Assembly (NCBI GenBank): GCA_963803975.1
Contig: CAWDOY010000036.1
Location: forward strand, 12,161-76,160
DNA: 64,000 bases
DNA from: an uncultured delta proteobacterium
GTDB lineage: Bacteria > Desulfobacterota > WTBG01 > CAIYCZ01
Direction of reading: 5' to 3'
A model generated the notes under the pieces. The model was not told where the DNA came from. It was given only the letters and a program-made list of their open reading frames with translations, and ran no database searches. Positions within the stretch are counted from its first letter, which is position 1. Each line of letters begins with the position of its first letter. Positions 51,774-64,000 of this stretch are shown here, piece after piece. Both the position numbers and the translations under genes were made by a program.

Positions 51774-52901
51774 AACCGGTAGATAAATGCCGGGGTGATG
51801 CAGAACAGGCCGGAAAAGTTTGATCCCATGTCCACCATGAATTGAAAGTTTTTGGTTATTTCAAGGAGTGTTCCAATGTGCGTGCTCCATGGTTTTACGG
51901 GTGCTCTCCTGCAGGCTGAACCCTACCTTGCCCAGAACCGGTATGTCAGGGTTCCCTCTAATGGTATTTGTCGTGTCCCAGTAGGTTTCACCAACCCAGA
52001 GATTCAGCCGGGAATTACTAAACTGTTTTCGCCATCCAAGACGGACAGAGCACAGAATTGCTCTCACATCCGGGCTTAATCTGTTCCCGAAAACCAAATC
52101 ACCCTGCAGCGCGCTGATGGTGTAATTTGAGTCAAGTGCGGCAAAATAATTTTTATACCCGCCGACCAGAGTCATCCCTCCCCCATAGGTGATGCCGGTT
52201 AAATTAACTGACACTTTAAACTCTTTACGGCGCGCACCACGCAGGTTACGAATGCGGTCAAGCAGGCCCACACCGATCGCTCGCCTCTGTATACTGACGC
52301 GTATAACCTCCAAGCGCATACAAGGCTTAAAAATGGAAAAATCCATGTATCCAGGCGCACCGACCAGTTCTTTTCCCTGCTCTTCACTTTGATCTTTGCG
52401 AGTTTATCAGCGGGAATCGTGAAGTCCGCGAGAGCAACCTTTGCATTGTTCACCTTGATATGCCGTCTTCCGTAATAGAATCCTGGTGTTACCCCGATGG
52501 CATAGGGAAGCTTATGGCCTCTTTTCTCAGCCCCGGCACCGAAAAAGGGAAAAAGCGTTTGCCATTTCTGTTCGGGGTTTGGCTGCGCTATGTCGGCTTT
52601 GGTTAGAGCTGGACCGGACAGCGGTTCCGGAGCCTGGGGATTATTCGTCTCTTGCTTTTTCTCATCCATGCTGCCCATGCGCCACTTCATCCTGGCGGAG
52701 CTTTCTTCATTGTCAAAGAGAGAGGGCCGTAAATCCGGCTTAATAGATGTGCTGCTGGCAGGTGACTCAGCCTGCATAAGGGCGGATGTAAGGTTGGGCT
52801 GTGGCGGTTCACTGCCTGCAGATTCTGGAAAGGAGCAGAACAGAAGCAGAGAAAAAGAAAGCAGGATAATTATGTGAACGAAACGATGGACGGATTCTCA
52901 T
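51770..52901 (-). CDS. Putative outer-membrane beta-barrel protein (frameshifted; start approximate)
   Basis: Signal-like N-terminus; RGHKLPYAIG, VRLDTWIFPFL, YGGGMTLVGGY; C-terminal FIYRF*. Confidence 0.65.
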
Positions 52902-53125
52902 GAGATCGCAGTACTCATGTCATGTAAATTATGTGTCCGCTATAACTGTTTTATGTAACACTGAGGCTGCCTAACAGGTATCTCAACTAAAATATTAATA
53001 CACTATCAGCAACGCTGCCACTCTATTTTAAAAAAGTGCGTGTTCCTAGATGAAAAATGACGCGAAGAGGAGAGATTACCTGCAGACCAGCTGTATTGCA
53101 ATGGACAGCGGCCAGGAAATACCGG

Positions 53126-54113
53126 TCACTGCAGGGGCGGCAGGGGGAGTCCCGCACGAATTTTCAGGGAGAAGTTCTGATCGTCACCGGCCTCGTGCGC
53201 GCGTTTATTAATATAGCTTTTTTTTCTGAGCTCGGCAAAGGGCAGGGTGGTGTCCAGCCGGCCCAGCTCATAGGCATACTCGGCCGTGTAGCCGCTCAAC
53301 AGAATCTTCCAGCTGTAATGAATGTCGCCGCCGAAAGCCCGGATGAGGGTAATGATGCTGGTGGTGCAGTTGGTCGTCAAGGTGTTGTAAAACTCAGGTG
53401 TTTCCCTGAGATCATTGATCTTTTTAACATACTCCATAAAAAACTGCCGCGCGCGCTCGGGGGTTACGCGGATACGGTAGAGATAGACATCCTCCTGCGG
53501 GTTCCGAAAGCTGGTGCGCACCCTGATCAGATCACGCTCATCACCGACCACATAGATGAGCCCGTACTTTTTGAAAAAACCCTGTATCGAAGAGTATGCC
53601 TGGCCCTTTGCTTTTCTGGTTTCAATGGAAAAGGTCACATAGTCTGTGCCGCCAAACCCGAAGCTGATCATAACATGGGCAATGGCATCGCCCATCCAGT
53701 ACACGGTGATAAGGTCAACCGATGTAATCTTGCTGATATCAAAGGTTTTATCATAGTAGTTCGGCGTCAAAGTCTGTTTCAGTCCGGTAGTTGAAGTTGC
53801 GGATGTTGTGAATCGTGACCAGGTTGCCCTGCATCGTCGCATACGGCAGTACGGCAACATCTGTCTGCCAGTCGCGGTTATTTGACGGTTTAATTGAAGA
53901 CCACCAGACCGCAATGATTACAAACAGCGCAAGAAAGCAGAGCAGGGTGCGGCGCCGGTTCGGCAGCAGTATGAATGCGCAGGCGCTTCCTATGGCGAAA
54001 ACACCTGCAAGCAGGGCAGCCCCCGGAAGATTAGAATAATAGATGGCGAGCGTTCCCCAGACAGCCATCACGAAAACAATAATTCCCGTCAAAATTATGG
54101 CAATTATCCGCAT
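53126..54113 (-). CDS. DUF4105 (Lnb N-terminal-like) domain membrane protein (frameshifted)
   Basis: PSNNRDW, HNIRNFNY, IAHVMISFGF, SIETRK, FYNTLTTNCTT. Confidence 0.88.
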
Positions 54114-54118
54114 AATTA

Positions 54119-56006
54119 TTATTTCAGATTTTCGAGTAGAATTCTGCGCACTTCCTCGATCGTCTGCGGCTCTGACTGAGTCGAGTGGCCGGAGTGAACT
54201 ATCAGCTCTGATGCCACGCCGTCCAGATGGGCGCTGCTGTATTCTACTACGCCGTCATTCCATTTCTCTTTTGGATCATCCGGGTTCTCCACCGCGATGA
54301 TAGAGTGTGCTGTAACACCCGGCGCAATGGGCATCGCGGCAAGGGTTTTGATAAACTGGTTTTTCGGGTCCATGTTGTCTGTGCTGCGCGGAATGTCCTT
54401 CATCGAGCGAAATGCTATTACCTGGGGGTTATGGACAAGCACATCCTGAAGCGGGTTAAACAACTTGCCGGGAAGCGATATGAATTTGCCGATGAGCTGG
54501 CCGATCAAGCCCGCTGCAAAAAAACTGCCCCGGTGCGGTGTAGAGATAAAAACCACCCGGTGGACAAACGGCAGCGGTTTAAAAAACATGCTGCGTTTTA
54601 TTATTTTCTTTGTCTCCGGCGTTGCCTTAATCTGCTCAAGCGGCACTGAAGAGAGATTATCCCAGAAACGCGTTCCGCTGTCGGTGACCATGAGCCGCGT
54701 CAGCAGCCCTCCCTGGCTGTGGCCGATTACCACCATCTTTTTGAGGGCTGGGTCTTTTCCCCTCCGGGTCAAATTTATCCACGACGCTGCGCAGGGCATC
54801 AGCCAGGATGCCTCCGGAATATGCAACAGGGTTTCCTGAGTTGTAGGTAAAAAGCCAGAACTGGTAGCGCCCCCACAGGACGCGGTCATTCTGCAGTTCA
54901 TTTAACATCTCCGCCCAGCGCGCCGGGCTTGATGCGGTGCCGTGTACCAGCACTACGGGTATACGTTCCGGCATCATACGGCGTCATGAAAAACAGATCG
55001 TCCCTGAAGCGGGCGACATTTTTAATGGGAAGTGAAAAGTCACCGGAGAGAAGACCCTTGAGCTCCAGCTTGTAAATATCCGAGCCTTCAAGGGTATCTG
55101 CCAGGGCTGAGCTCAGCTCAAGCTCAAGCGGAACCTGACTGCCGTTGATGGTGACGGTCGTGGTCTTCTCCGTCGTATGAAGATCAAGATGACCACGAAT
55201 GGTACCGTTTTTGATTCCCTCTGCAACATTTTCCAGGCGCAAAAAGATGGTAACCGGCACCTTGATGTTTGGCATAACAAGGGAATAGGCGGCATTGTCC
55301 ACTCCCGCAAGCGGCTCAATAGCTGCGGTCAGCGGCGCGCCGATGCCGGGCCAGCGGTAGCGATTGCGCAGGCCGCGCACTCCCAGCTCGGCAGCCTGTT
55401 TGAAGTGGACCAGACGGTAGTCGCCCCACTGGAATTCCTGTCTCGTTGAGGTACAGATTAAGGGTGCCGAAGGGAAGTTTATAGGCGCCGGCTCTGAGCA
55501 TGACCTCAGTGCCGTCAGAAGAGGTTAGCCCCTCGGCAATGCTGCGGTTATACAGATCAACTGCCGTGCGATAGCGCGGGTCAATGCAGCCCGGAGCAGC
55601 CTTCATTTCAGCTGGATAGAGAAAAGCGTATGCATAGCAGGCAGCAGCCAGAAAGTACGGCCGGTCTTTGCTCTGCGAGGCATGATAAAAGGAAAGCTCC
55701 GCGAGCGCAAAGAGCCGGTCGGGTTCGGGAACGCCGTCAAGGCCGCCATGTATTCTGGCAATTACTTTTTCCGGTTCATGCTGAAACTCGTCCCACAGAC
55801 CGAAGCGATTCAGTATCTGGCAGGTAAACGGGCTCACCTTGCCGTTGCTGAGCACGTTGGCGGTGAGGGTGCGCTGCACGGTCTTCGGGTCAAGCTTTCT
55901 GACGCCCACGGGGGTTGCACAGCCGGTAAAAAATACGATACTAATCAGCAGGCTTGTAACAAAGGTGTAGCTAATAGCATTCTGCTTTGAATTCGACTAT
56001 TCTCAT
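54119..56006 (-). CDS. Alpha/beta-hydrolase (lipase/esterase) lipoprotein (frameshifted)
   Basis: Lipobox FTGC; PVVLVHGTASSP; GHSQGG; TPHRGS; DGVV.Y.SAH. Confidence 0.88.
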
Positions 56007-56073
56007 AGGACTGGCTCTATCGAGATCGCAAGAAATTTATATAATATATAAGCTGTTGCCATGCTATACCATT

Positions 56074-56106
56074 AAAAAAAGAGGGGAACTATAAACAGCT
56101 CCCCCT
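56074..56106 (-). terminator. Terminator for the SYLF-domain gene
   Basis: AAAAAAAGAGGGGAACT...AGCTCCCCCT. Confidence 0.6.
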
Positions 56107-56180
56107 GCGTTGCTTTTAACGTGCCATGCATATCATCCAGGCAAGGGCAAAAAGCAACAGGCAACGTGAACATCAACATG

Positions 56181-56748
56181 CTATTTGTCCGGGTGTATCC
56201 TGGATATTTTGGACCCCTGCAGTCCGATTCCTGCCATCAGACCCTTCTGATCAAAGATGACGGCATATACGTCATCTTTGAGCGTTGTGGTTGTCAATGA
56301 CTTTGCTAACCCTTCATCGACAATGACAATGCTCGGGCCGGTGCCGAGTTCCCAGCCTTTTCTATTTTTAAGCGTGACCATTGCCTTTTTGTTCATGAAG
56401 AACAGGGCATACCCGTACTTCTGAATACCTGCCTGCAAAGCCCCAGGAACCGGCTACGGTGTTGAAGTAGCCGACCGTCTTGCCAGCCTTGCGCAGGGCT
56501 CCCACACCATACTGCCCGCCGACGATAAAGCCCCCCTTGGTGATGCTGGGGAAAACGAGCACTGCCACTGCTTTTTCACCGATTACTTTCGCCGTGGGAT
56601 TGCTGGCGTAGAGCTGCTCCAGGGCGGCGGTGACCTCTCGATTGATCTCGGATTTGCTGGCAGCCAGTGCCGAAGCAGGCATGGTTAGGCCTGCCAGGAA
56701 GATGGTTAATGCCAGAGCTATAACAAGTGTTTTAGTTTTTTCTTTCAT
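56181..56748 (-). CDS. Secreted Ysc84/SYLF lipid-binding domain protein (frameshifted)
   Basis: AVLVFPSITKGGFIVGGQYGVGAL; QAG.Q; QKGLMAGIGLQGSKI. Confidence 0.88.
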
Positions 56749-57092
56749 AGCAACCTCCTTTTAAAATGAATGTTTCTGTTTAGTCTTCACCTCAGAAAAC
56801 ATGATGAAAATAATAATAAAAGCTGTCAGATGTCGCAATTATTTATTACTCTCGTGCGCCCCATCATTTAACTGCATACTTTTCTATTGATCAATCACCC
56901 CCTCTCATATTCATAAACTATTCATCATAAGGGTCTTTTATATCTGCGCTATATACTTATTTTTATCTCCCCCTGCCGCCTCCTCGTCCACCACCCACTC
57001 TACCACCACCTCTGCTTCCGCCGCCACCTTTATTAGAAGAGCGTGAGCGCTCGAAGTTTTTGGTCTTCTCAGTTCCCCGCTGACGGGCTTCA

Positions 57093-57323
57093 TTACTGTT
57101 TTTTCTTTTCACCAATAATGTATCCGGTCAGGCCGCCGGCAACCGCGCCAACCGCTGCGCCAACACCTACATTACCTCCTGCAATGGCAGCAATGCCGGC
57201 TCCGCCCGCTGCGCCAATGAGCCCGCCGCTCATAGTGCGCTGCTGCTGATCTGACATGCCCGCACATCCCGTCATTGTTGTAAAAAAAGCTATAACAATG
57301 CATGTTGCAATTATACGTTTCAT
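57093..57323 (-). CDS. Small glycine-zipper lipoprotein
   Basis: Lipobox MTGC; GGLIGAAGGAGIAAIAGG..GAAVGAVAGG. Confidence 0.85.
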   Translation of the reverse strand: MKRIIATCIVIAFFTTMTGCAGMSDQQQRTMSGGLIGAAGGAGIAAIAGGNVGVGAAVGAVAGGLTGYIIGEKKKQ

Positions 57324-57522
57324 AATAGCTCTCCTTGTAGTTGTTATAAGCTGTCAGCTATCAGCTCTCAGCTTTTTCTCTGTGCCTGTTGCCATTTCTT
57401 TACCGATTCACCCACTCGCCGCGCCAGCCGCGACGAAAAGCGACGGCTCGGCGGGCTGTCGCTCTGGCGCAGCGGGTTCACCTATTCACCAAATCCTAAC
57501 ACCGAATCCCGAGCCCCTGCCG

Positions 57523-57987
57523 TTACTGCAACGGCTGGCCGGCAACTCCGGTTTTCAGATTGGGTTTTATCAGGGTCTCCCACATAACCCTTATCACCGG
57601 CACTTCAATATCCCCCGGGATTTGCCGCATAATATTCATCTACCTTGCGCACAATGTCATTCATCTTCACACCGGTCATTCCTTCAACAGCCTTTGCCGA
57701 GAAATTATCCACCTTTAATTGGGGATAGACATCCATCAGCGCCTCTTCAATTGTAACGACGTGGCAGAACCCCCACACAAAAGCAACTTTTTCATCCTGC
57801 GATGCCTTCTGCCATATGGTGCCGGTAAGCAGCTTTATCCCCTTAGCCGCAAAAGCTGCTGGTTTATATTTTCCCGTAGCTGCTTCTGCGTCTCAGTCTC
57901 TGCAGCCAGCGCAGTTCGGGGAATGCCTGCCAGCAGCATGAAGGCTCCCAGAATACATACGACAAGAATTGTTTCTCTGTTCTTCAT
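57523..57987 (-). CDS. Secreted hypothetical protein (frameshifted)
   Basis: Signal peptide ending ALA-A; downstream frames read TGTIWQKASQDEKVAFVWG...VDEYYAANPGDIEVPVIRVMW. Confidence 0.65.
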
Positions 57988-58167
57988 AGTGCTTCCCCCT
58001 GTGTTAAATTTATAAATTATCAATCCACTTGATTGAAGCTTAAACGGGAAAAGTTTTAGGGTCAATATCCATATTAATAAGATATTCCCACATGGTTTTC
58101 AATGATTTGTTTCACATTCCCAGCGCAGAAGTTGCTCTGGTTTTATTTGTCTTAAAGTAAAAGTACA

Positions 58168-58327
58168 TGCTTGATCAAGCCACAGAATTCACAGAAACAC
58201 ACAGAACTGTTAAACCTTTCAGTGCTATTCTGTGCTTGCCTATGGCCGCATTATATAACCCTCTTTATTTTCTAAGAGTAAAAGAACAAAGCTTGATCAA
58301 GCCACAGAATTACACAGAAACACACAG
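58168..58327 (+). repeat. Direct repeat GCTTGATCAAGCCACAGAATT(A)CACAGAAACACACAG (two copies; related element near 43348)
   Basis: Copies at ~58169-58204 and ~58291-58327. Confidence 0.7.
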
Positions 58328-58328
58328 T

Positions 58329-59171
58329 TCACCGCACCTGATCTTGTTGCCCGGCAAGAAGCCGTAAGCGCCTGATCCGCTCTTCCGCAGGCGGATGCGT
58401 TGAAAAAAGCCTTTGCAACCCGCCAAAGAAGGGGTTCATAATGAACATATGAGAATGCGCGGGATTCCCCCGTATGAGGGGAACTGCCTGAACACCCTGT
58501 TGGAGTTTTCCAAGAGCGCTTGCAAGGGCCAGAGGCTTCCCGCTTATTTCAGCCCCTTCTTCATCTGCAGCATATTCCCTCACTCGGGAAACAGCCATGC
58601 GAATTAACATGGCACCAAGAGGTGCGCCGAACACGATAAGCAATGTTCCCAGAGGATTATTCCGCCGATTATCATCCCCTACACCAAAACGGGCAAACTG
58701 TCCGAGCGTGGCAATAGCTCCGGCAAATGTTGCAGCGATGGTACCAGTGAGGATGTCACGATTCTTCACGTGTGCCAGCTCATGCCCTATGACTCCCGAC
58801 AGCTCATCATCATCAAGAATTTTCAGTATTCCCTCTGTCGCTGCAACAGCTGCGTGTTCGGGATTACGGCCGGTTGCAAATGCATTCGGACTTTGTTCGG
58901 GAACAACGAAAACCTTCGGCATGGGTAAACCAGCCTTTTGGGCTAATTCAGCAACAATCCCATACAGGCCTGACTGATCCTCCGGTCCGACCTGCGAAGC
59001 AGCGTAGCGCTTCAGTATCATTTTGTCGCTGAACCAGTATGAGAAAAAGTTCATTGCGGCGGCAACAAGAAAGGCCATGACAGACCCTTCTCTCCCTCCC
59101 ACGGCACCACCAATAACAACAAAGAGGATTGTAAGAAATACCATCAGAAAAAATGTGCGGGTTCTATTCAT
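58329..59171 (-). CDS. htpX: Zinc metalloprotease HtpX (M48)
   Basis: PNAFATGRNP, HELAH, SRVREYAAD, LFSTHP. Confidence 0.95.
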   Translation of the reverse strand: MNRTRTFFLMVFLTILFVVIGGAVGGREGSVMAFLVAAAMNFFSYWFSDKMILKRYAASQVGPEDQSGLYGIVAELAQKAGLPMPKVFVVPEQSPNAFATGRNPEHAAVAATEGILKILDDDELSGVIGHELAHVKNRDILTGTIAATFAGAIATLGQFARFGVGDDNRRNNPLGTLLIVFGAPLGAMLIRMAVSRVREYAADEEGAEISGKPLALASALGKLQQGVQAVPLIRGNPAHSHMFIMNPFFGGLQRLFSTHPPAEERIRRLRLLAGQQDQVR

Positions 59172-59408
59172 AGTCCATCACCCCCAGCCTGCTTTTTATA
59201 GTAAGCAATTTGGATTAGTTTGGAGATGCATCGCTTTTGCTCAGCGTGATAACAGATCAGGTCCCCACGACCAAAGGCCGTGGGTTTAGAAATAAAATCT
59301 ATTCTACGATGTTTTGTTTCCTGTCCGCGGTTTGGCCGGTGATTGCCCGAACCACCGGCCGCCTTTCGGTTTTCAACAATTACAACACAGTCCTTTAGAC
59401 GGAAAACT

Positions 59409-59730
59409 TCATTCCTTGGCCTTTTCTGTAGCTTGCTGTGCGGCGCTCTCCACTGCCTCTTTTGTTGCTTCAGCACCTTCGCTCACTTTTTCACCAGCCT
59501 GCTTCATGGCATCTTTCGTTGCTTCAGCACGCCTTTGCTTCACGCTTTTTCTCCTGCCTTTTCCATGGCATCTTTTGTTGCCTCAATGCTTTCGTCAACT
59601 TTTTACCCGCCTTTTCCATGGTGCCTTCCTTGCCTTCCTGCCTCTGGCAGCCGGAGACAGCAATAACAAATACCAGGGCAACCATTACCGGAATGATACC
59701 CTTCAGAAATGCTACGATTGATCTTTTCAT
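59409..59730 (-). CDS. Small lipoprotein with EATKDAM-type helical repeats (frameshifted)
   Basis: Lipobox VSGC; repeated GAAGCAACAAAAGA(T/G)GC-like units; GGAGG RBS. Confidence 0.7.
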
Positions 59731-59944
59731 GGTGACCTCCCTTTTAAGTAACACGTTTTAGTTTAACAACTGTTCAGCCCGCAGGCTGAACACCCTGCCT
59801 TCAATTTTATTGTGTTCTTTGCACTCCACCTCACCCGGTTCGCAGCCATTGAGCTCGCGGCATTAGCAGCAGTCTGTTTCAGTTTACCAAACACCTCATA
59901 TTTAAGAGCATAAAAATCTTTTACCGTCAATGGTGACGGCGAAT

Positions 59945-61251
59945 TTACAGATCAAGCACCAGACGCAGACCGCCCACAACCACCGGGCTATCCACATTTT
60001 TGAGGCCGGGCTGAATGATCTGCAGGTCCGGCGTCAGGTGCATCCACGGGGTCAGGTATATATTATAATACAGCTCTCCTCCCTGCTCATTGCCGTGGAG
60101 CAACCGATTGTAAACAATACCCGGCAGCTGGTTTGAGAATCACGCGTGGTAATAGCCCACGCCGAACGTGTCCTTACACCGTCCCGGTATCAGGCGCTTG
60201 CCGCCCGAAGCCGAGTGAGGCAAAATATTTTATCGGGTTTGCCTTGCCGTCTGATACACCGTAGCGGGCAAATATACCGAACCCCTCGGTCTGTTGTCCC
60301 TTCCTTCAGGTACAGGTAGTGGTCCATGTTATAATAAAAGCACCACGAACCATTCGTACTTCTCAGGGGAATCCCCGGTTGGGCAATATCACATTACTCA
60401 GAATCAACCGTCCGTCCTGGTTGAGGTTAGTGAATTTTTTATTGCTCCAGGTCCCGCCGAACAGCTGGTGCCCCGGCAGCCTTGCTATGCAGGTCTTGAA
60501 CCGTAATTCTGATGCAACCGTCGTTCCGTTATGAAACACCGTGCCGGATCCGCTTTTTGTTGCACTGCCCTCTGTGTCCATCACCGTAAAGGTATACGTC
60601 ATCACCTTGTTAGATATATCGCCCCGGCACCCACACCGCTGTAGGGAACGGTGCGTAAGGTCACCGGGTTCACCACGATACGCGTATTGAGAAATTGTGT
60701 GTTGTAATCGTAGCAAATTCGTTTGCATCACCGGTAAGGGTGTTCATCTTTCCCACCAGAAGACCAAAGTTTTGGGATAGAAACTGCATGAATAGAAAAT
60801 CGGTCAGCCCGGAATCCTTGCCGTCCGGAGTGGGAAACAATGCATCGCTGTTGACCGGCAGATAGTGCCCGCCTTACTGTTTATGCTGTTGCGAAACCCG
60901 GTCATGCCCCTGACCTTGAGAAATCCGCCTTGCCACAGCCCCAGCTTGCCGAAGTCCATATTCATCTCATAGTCAGCAGAGCCGCTGTAGCGCCAGTACT
61001 CGTCACCATCTTTACCGTCGGTAAAGTTACCCTGGTATATATTGGTCACGGTTGATTTAAAGGTGATGCCCTTGTTTGGCAAGCTCGGTGCGTGTGCATC
61101 CCCACCAGTCACCGGTGAGTGTTGAGCGTGTCCACAGGTTGCCGCTGTAATCGGGTGTGCTCTCCTGGGCTCCTGAAGGTATTGGAGTAGCCATTATAAT
61201 AGCCACCGCAGATACGATCATCAAAAGAAAACAGTTGAATTTCTGTGCCAT
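59945..61251 (-). CDS. OprB-family carbohydrate-selective porin (frameshifted)
   Basis: Signal peptide; RSTLTGDW.G; DFGKLGLWQGG; C-terminal TPDLQII...VVGGLRLVLDL*. Confidence 0.82.
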
Positions 61252-61399
61252 ACGTGTTCCTCCGTAAATATTATTAATACATGTCTCTTGTTTTCGGTTA
61301 TACCTAATCCCTATCTCTAAATCCCCAACCCCTGATTTCCATTCCGCCTTCTGAATTCATTATTTGGTATGCTCCTCGAATCCTTGACACCTTGAACAC

Positions 61400-62536
61400 T
61401 GTTTTTAATTGTGCCTCTGCATCTATCTCAAACAATAGCTCATACGGCACACATCAGCTACGACGCGACTGCGGGCAAATCCTCAAGCCCCCGTGCCGCT
61501 GCCCTCCGGTAAAAGATCTCTGCATCGTGCGGATGCTTGACAAACACGGTAGCTGAACAGATATCTTTCAGGCACAGGTCTTCTTGCGCAAGCAGCGCCT
61601 CTATGTTATGCAGTGTGCATTCAATCTGGCCGTGAATATCTCCCGAATGCAGGCTCACACCGTGCCCGTCAATTGCGGCAGTACCCGAAACTTCCCACGA
61701 GATTATTGTGTATAGCAGAAGCACGTGAGAACGCAGAGCGATCGAAACGCATCAAGCTGGCCGGGATTGGTCAGTTTTTGTATTTCCGGCACCACGCCAC
61801 CCTCTCCGACGATTGCAATCAAATCCATGGTGCATGCCGCACTGGTTGCTGTTTCACCGCGTATTCACGTGCTTGCGGGAAGCGGCGACCGGTCATCACC
61901 CGGACCCGACATAATGCCGAACTCACCATATTTTTGATTTCTCACTTTGTTGAACTCGCCGTACCACAGGACATGATATCTGAAAGATAAAACCAGGTAC
62001 GCACCACATTACCGTATGAAGCGCTCTGCTCCCGCAGTAACCGCTCCGCGCGCTCGATCATGAGACGTGCCTGGAGGGGCCTGATTCATTCATGTCTGCA
62101 TGGATATTCTGAAGCACAGCATAGGTTACCCCGTGCTGTTTCCAGCCCCGGCCGCAGGGGATATCATCATCCATAATTGTCCAGGCCGCCTCTCCTGATT
62201 TGTCAGCGGCAACCGCATGGATGAGCACCCCCGCGAGTCCTTGGCCCGGCGATGCCCCTGAATGTAGGTGACCGGGTTTTCCGCAGAGATTCCCTGTGAC
62301 TGAAGCATACAGTTTCTCATGGCCATGACCGCGGACTCTGCGCTCAGGCTGCCGAATATCCGCTCATGCACCATTGCCGTGCCCCGATCAGCGAGATACT
62401 GCGCTATGCAGCTATAGGTTGACCGTGCTGCTTCTGCTGCATCTGCGGGAAGGCGCACTGATGCGACCAGAAATGCGGAACCTGTTCCGACATCAGTAAT
62501 CAAAACTCTCACCGCAGATTTGGATAATTCAGACAT
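61400..62536 (-). CDS. RidA/YjgF-family multi-domain (FkbO/Hyg5-like) protein (frameshifted; end approximate)
   Basis: VHERIFGS; VVRTWFYL; SGTAAID..G.S.H.GD...Q...TL.NI..LL; DVC...LLFEIDAEA. Confidence 0.75.
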
Positions 62537-62656
62537 ACAAGGCCTGTCCTATTGATATCCCTGTATCCAGGACAAGATTTCGGGAGTTCAACTTATATGT
62601 TGTCAATCGCAGATATTTTAAATGCTGCCTGCGCCTCCATGCCTGTCTTCCGTAAG

Positions 62657-63872
62657 TTATGCAGCGGGTTGTTGTGCTGCAACAGTTACCTGGGCTCCGA
62701 TACTTTGCCAAAACGCTAGTAAGAATCGGTCCGGCTATGCAGCTTGCAACGACGAGCGCAAGAGTTGCGTTGACGAATACGCTGTCGATGAGGGGTACGC
62801 CCGCAGCATTCTTCGCCTGGTAGGCGACCCACAGCGCTGGCCAGTGTGGCCGCCATCTGCGGCAGCGTGAGGTTCGCAATCAGGCCGGTGTCGGTTCGGG
62901 TGTAACCGAAAGCGCTCGATGTCAGCCACGCGGCAAGATATTTCCCGACAACCAGCATACCGATCAAACCGAACACCAAAACGGGGCGGCCGATGATGGT
63001 GCTCCCGAGTAATGAGAAATTCACGAGAAACCCGGTTGAGACAAAAAACGCGGGGATAAACAGCGACTGAGCGATTACTTCAAGCTCCTCCAGTGCGAAT
63101 TTGCCGCTAAATGATCGCTTCACCGCAATGCCCGCGAGGAATGCGCCGACAATGCCCTCGAGATTGATCATATGTGCCAGTTGCGCGGCCGCGGCGATAA
63201 CTATCATGAAAATGACCATCCGCGCTTCAGTCGTCTGGCCGTAGCGCAGGACTGCCTTGCGCGTGAGCTTGCTGAGGCCGAAAATTATGAGAGGAACAAA
63301 TATGGCGAGCTGGAGAAGTTCGAGGAGCAGGAACTGCCAGGAGAACCCGACCTGGTGAATTGATACCGTGACCGCAAGCACCATCATCGCGGCGATGTCG
63401 GTAATGATCGTGCCGCCAACCGCGACGAGAACCGGCTCGCGCTGCACCAGACCGAGACGCACCAGCACCGGATATCCAAGCAGCGTGTGCGAAGCGATGA
63501 CTGAGCCGATCAGAGCTGAGGCGTTCCAGCCGTAGCCGGTCAGCCGGGCGAGGAAAAGACCGCCAATAAACGGCAGCAAAAAAGTGAGAGCCCCGAACGT
63601 CAGGCAGCGTTGTCTTTTCTTATTGAACTGCTCCATGTCCACTTCAAAGCCGACAAAGAACATGAACAGCAATTTCCCTATTTCAGAAAAGAAATGAATT
63701 GTTTCGCTGCTTTCCTTTACAACACCGAGCAGCGGCGGCCGAATAAAACCCCTGCCAGAATGTAGCCGAGGACACCCGGCAGTTTCAGCCGTTCCATGAG
63801 CCGCGGCAACAGCAGTACACCGGTCAGTATGATCACAAACTTCGCCAGCATTGGCAGGTGCTCAGCCAGCAT
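62657..63872 (-). CDS. Cation:proton antiporter (CPA2/KefB-like; frameshifted)
   Basis: LPGVLGYILAG, LFMFFVGFEVD, ASHTL, IITD, IVGAFLAG, FIPAFF. Confidence 0.9.
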
Positions 63873-64000
63873 CGTATTTGTCTCCCTTAGTGCTTTGAAA
63901 TGCGCTGTTAAAGATGACGAACAATTACTTGAGATTAACTGCCACGCTCTCGATTTTTCCGGTAAATGCGAACGGCCGCCGGTCAAAGTAGTCGATCGAT

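Noticed and set aside
53057..53794. 245-aa plus-strand ORF
   Set aside because: Antisense shadow of the DUF4105 gene
58168..58327. CRISPR array
   Set aside because: Only two repeat copies with an ~85-bp gap and no cas genes

Overview
This window looks like genomic DNA from an anaerobic Gram-negative bacterium, probably deltaproteobacterial/Desulfobacterota-like (inferred from gene content). Many genes are split by single-base indels that resemble long-read assembly errors. I saw no rRNA, tRNA, CRISPR array, integrase or transposase. The core is a ~33-kb catabolic-looking island (~9.9-42.7 kb). Two paralogous YCF48(BNR)-MMPL/RND-DUF1302-DUF1329 envelope-transport operons point away from a central block. 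That block holds a two-component system, a TetR regulator, a geranylgeranyl-reductase-like flavoprotein, a signal-peptide-bearing flavodoxin-domain protein and a CAAX protease. Three divergent proteins match the ferredoxin-dependent bilin reductase (FDBR/RCCR) sequence pattern: one lipoprotein, one membrane-anchored and one cytoplasmic, the last directly behind a NapH/MauN-type membrane polyferredoxin. A four-component corrinoid methyltransferase module follows, with an aldehyde:ferredoxin oxidoreductase nearby. An ATGAG-N4-CTCAT palindrome occurs at two promoters of the island. My best candidate for an undescribed system is an anaerobic import and reduction pathway for a hydrophobic, possibly tetrapyrrole/bilin-like substrate, using partly extracytoplasmic FDBR-fold proteins. 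The flanks carry an FAD-oxidoreductase/Fe-S operon, tandem FISUMP lipoproteins, envelope proteins, HtpX, a porin and an antiporter. All family calls come from motif recognition by eye; no database searches were run.
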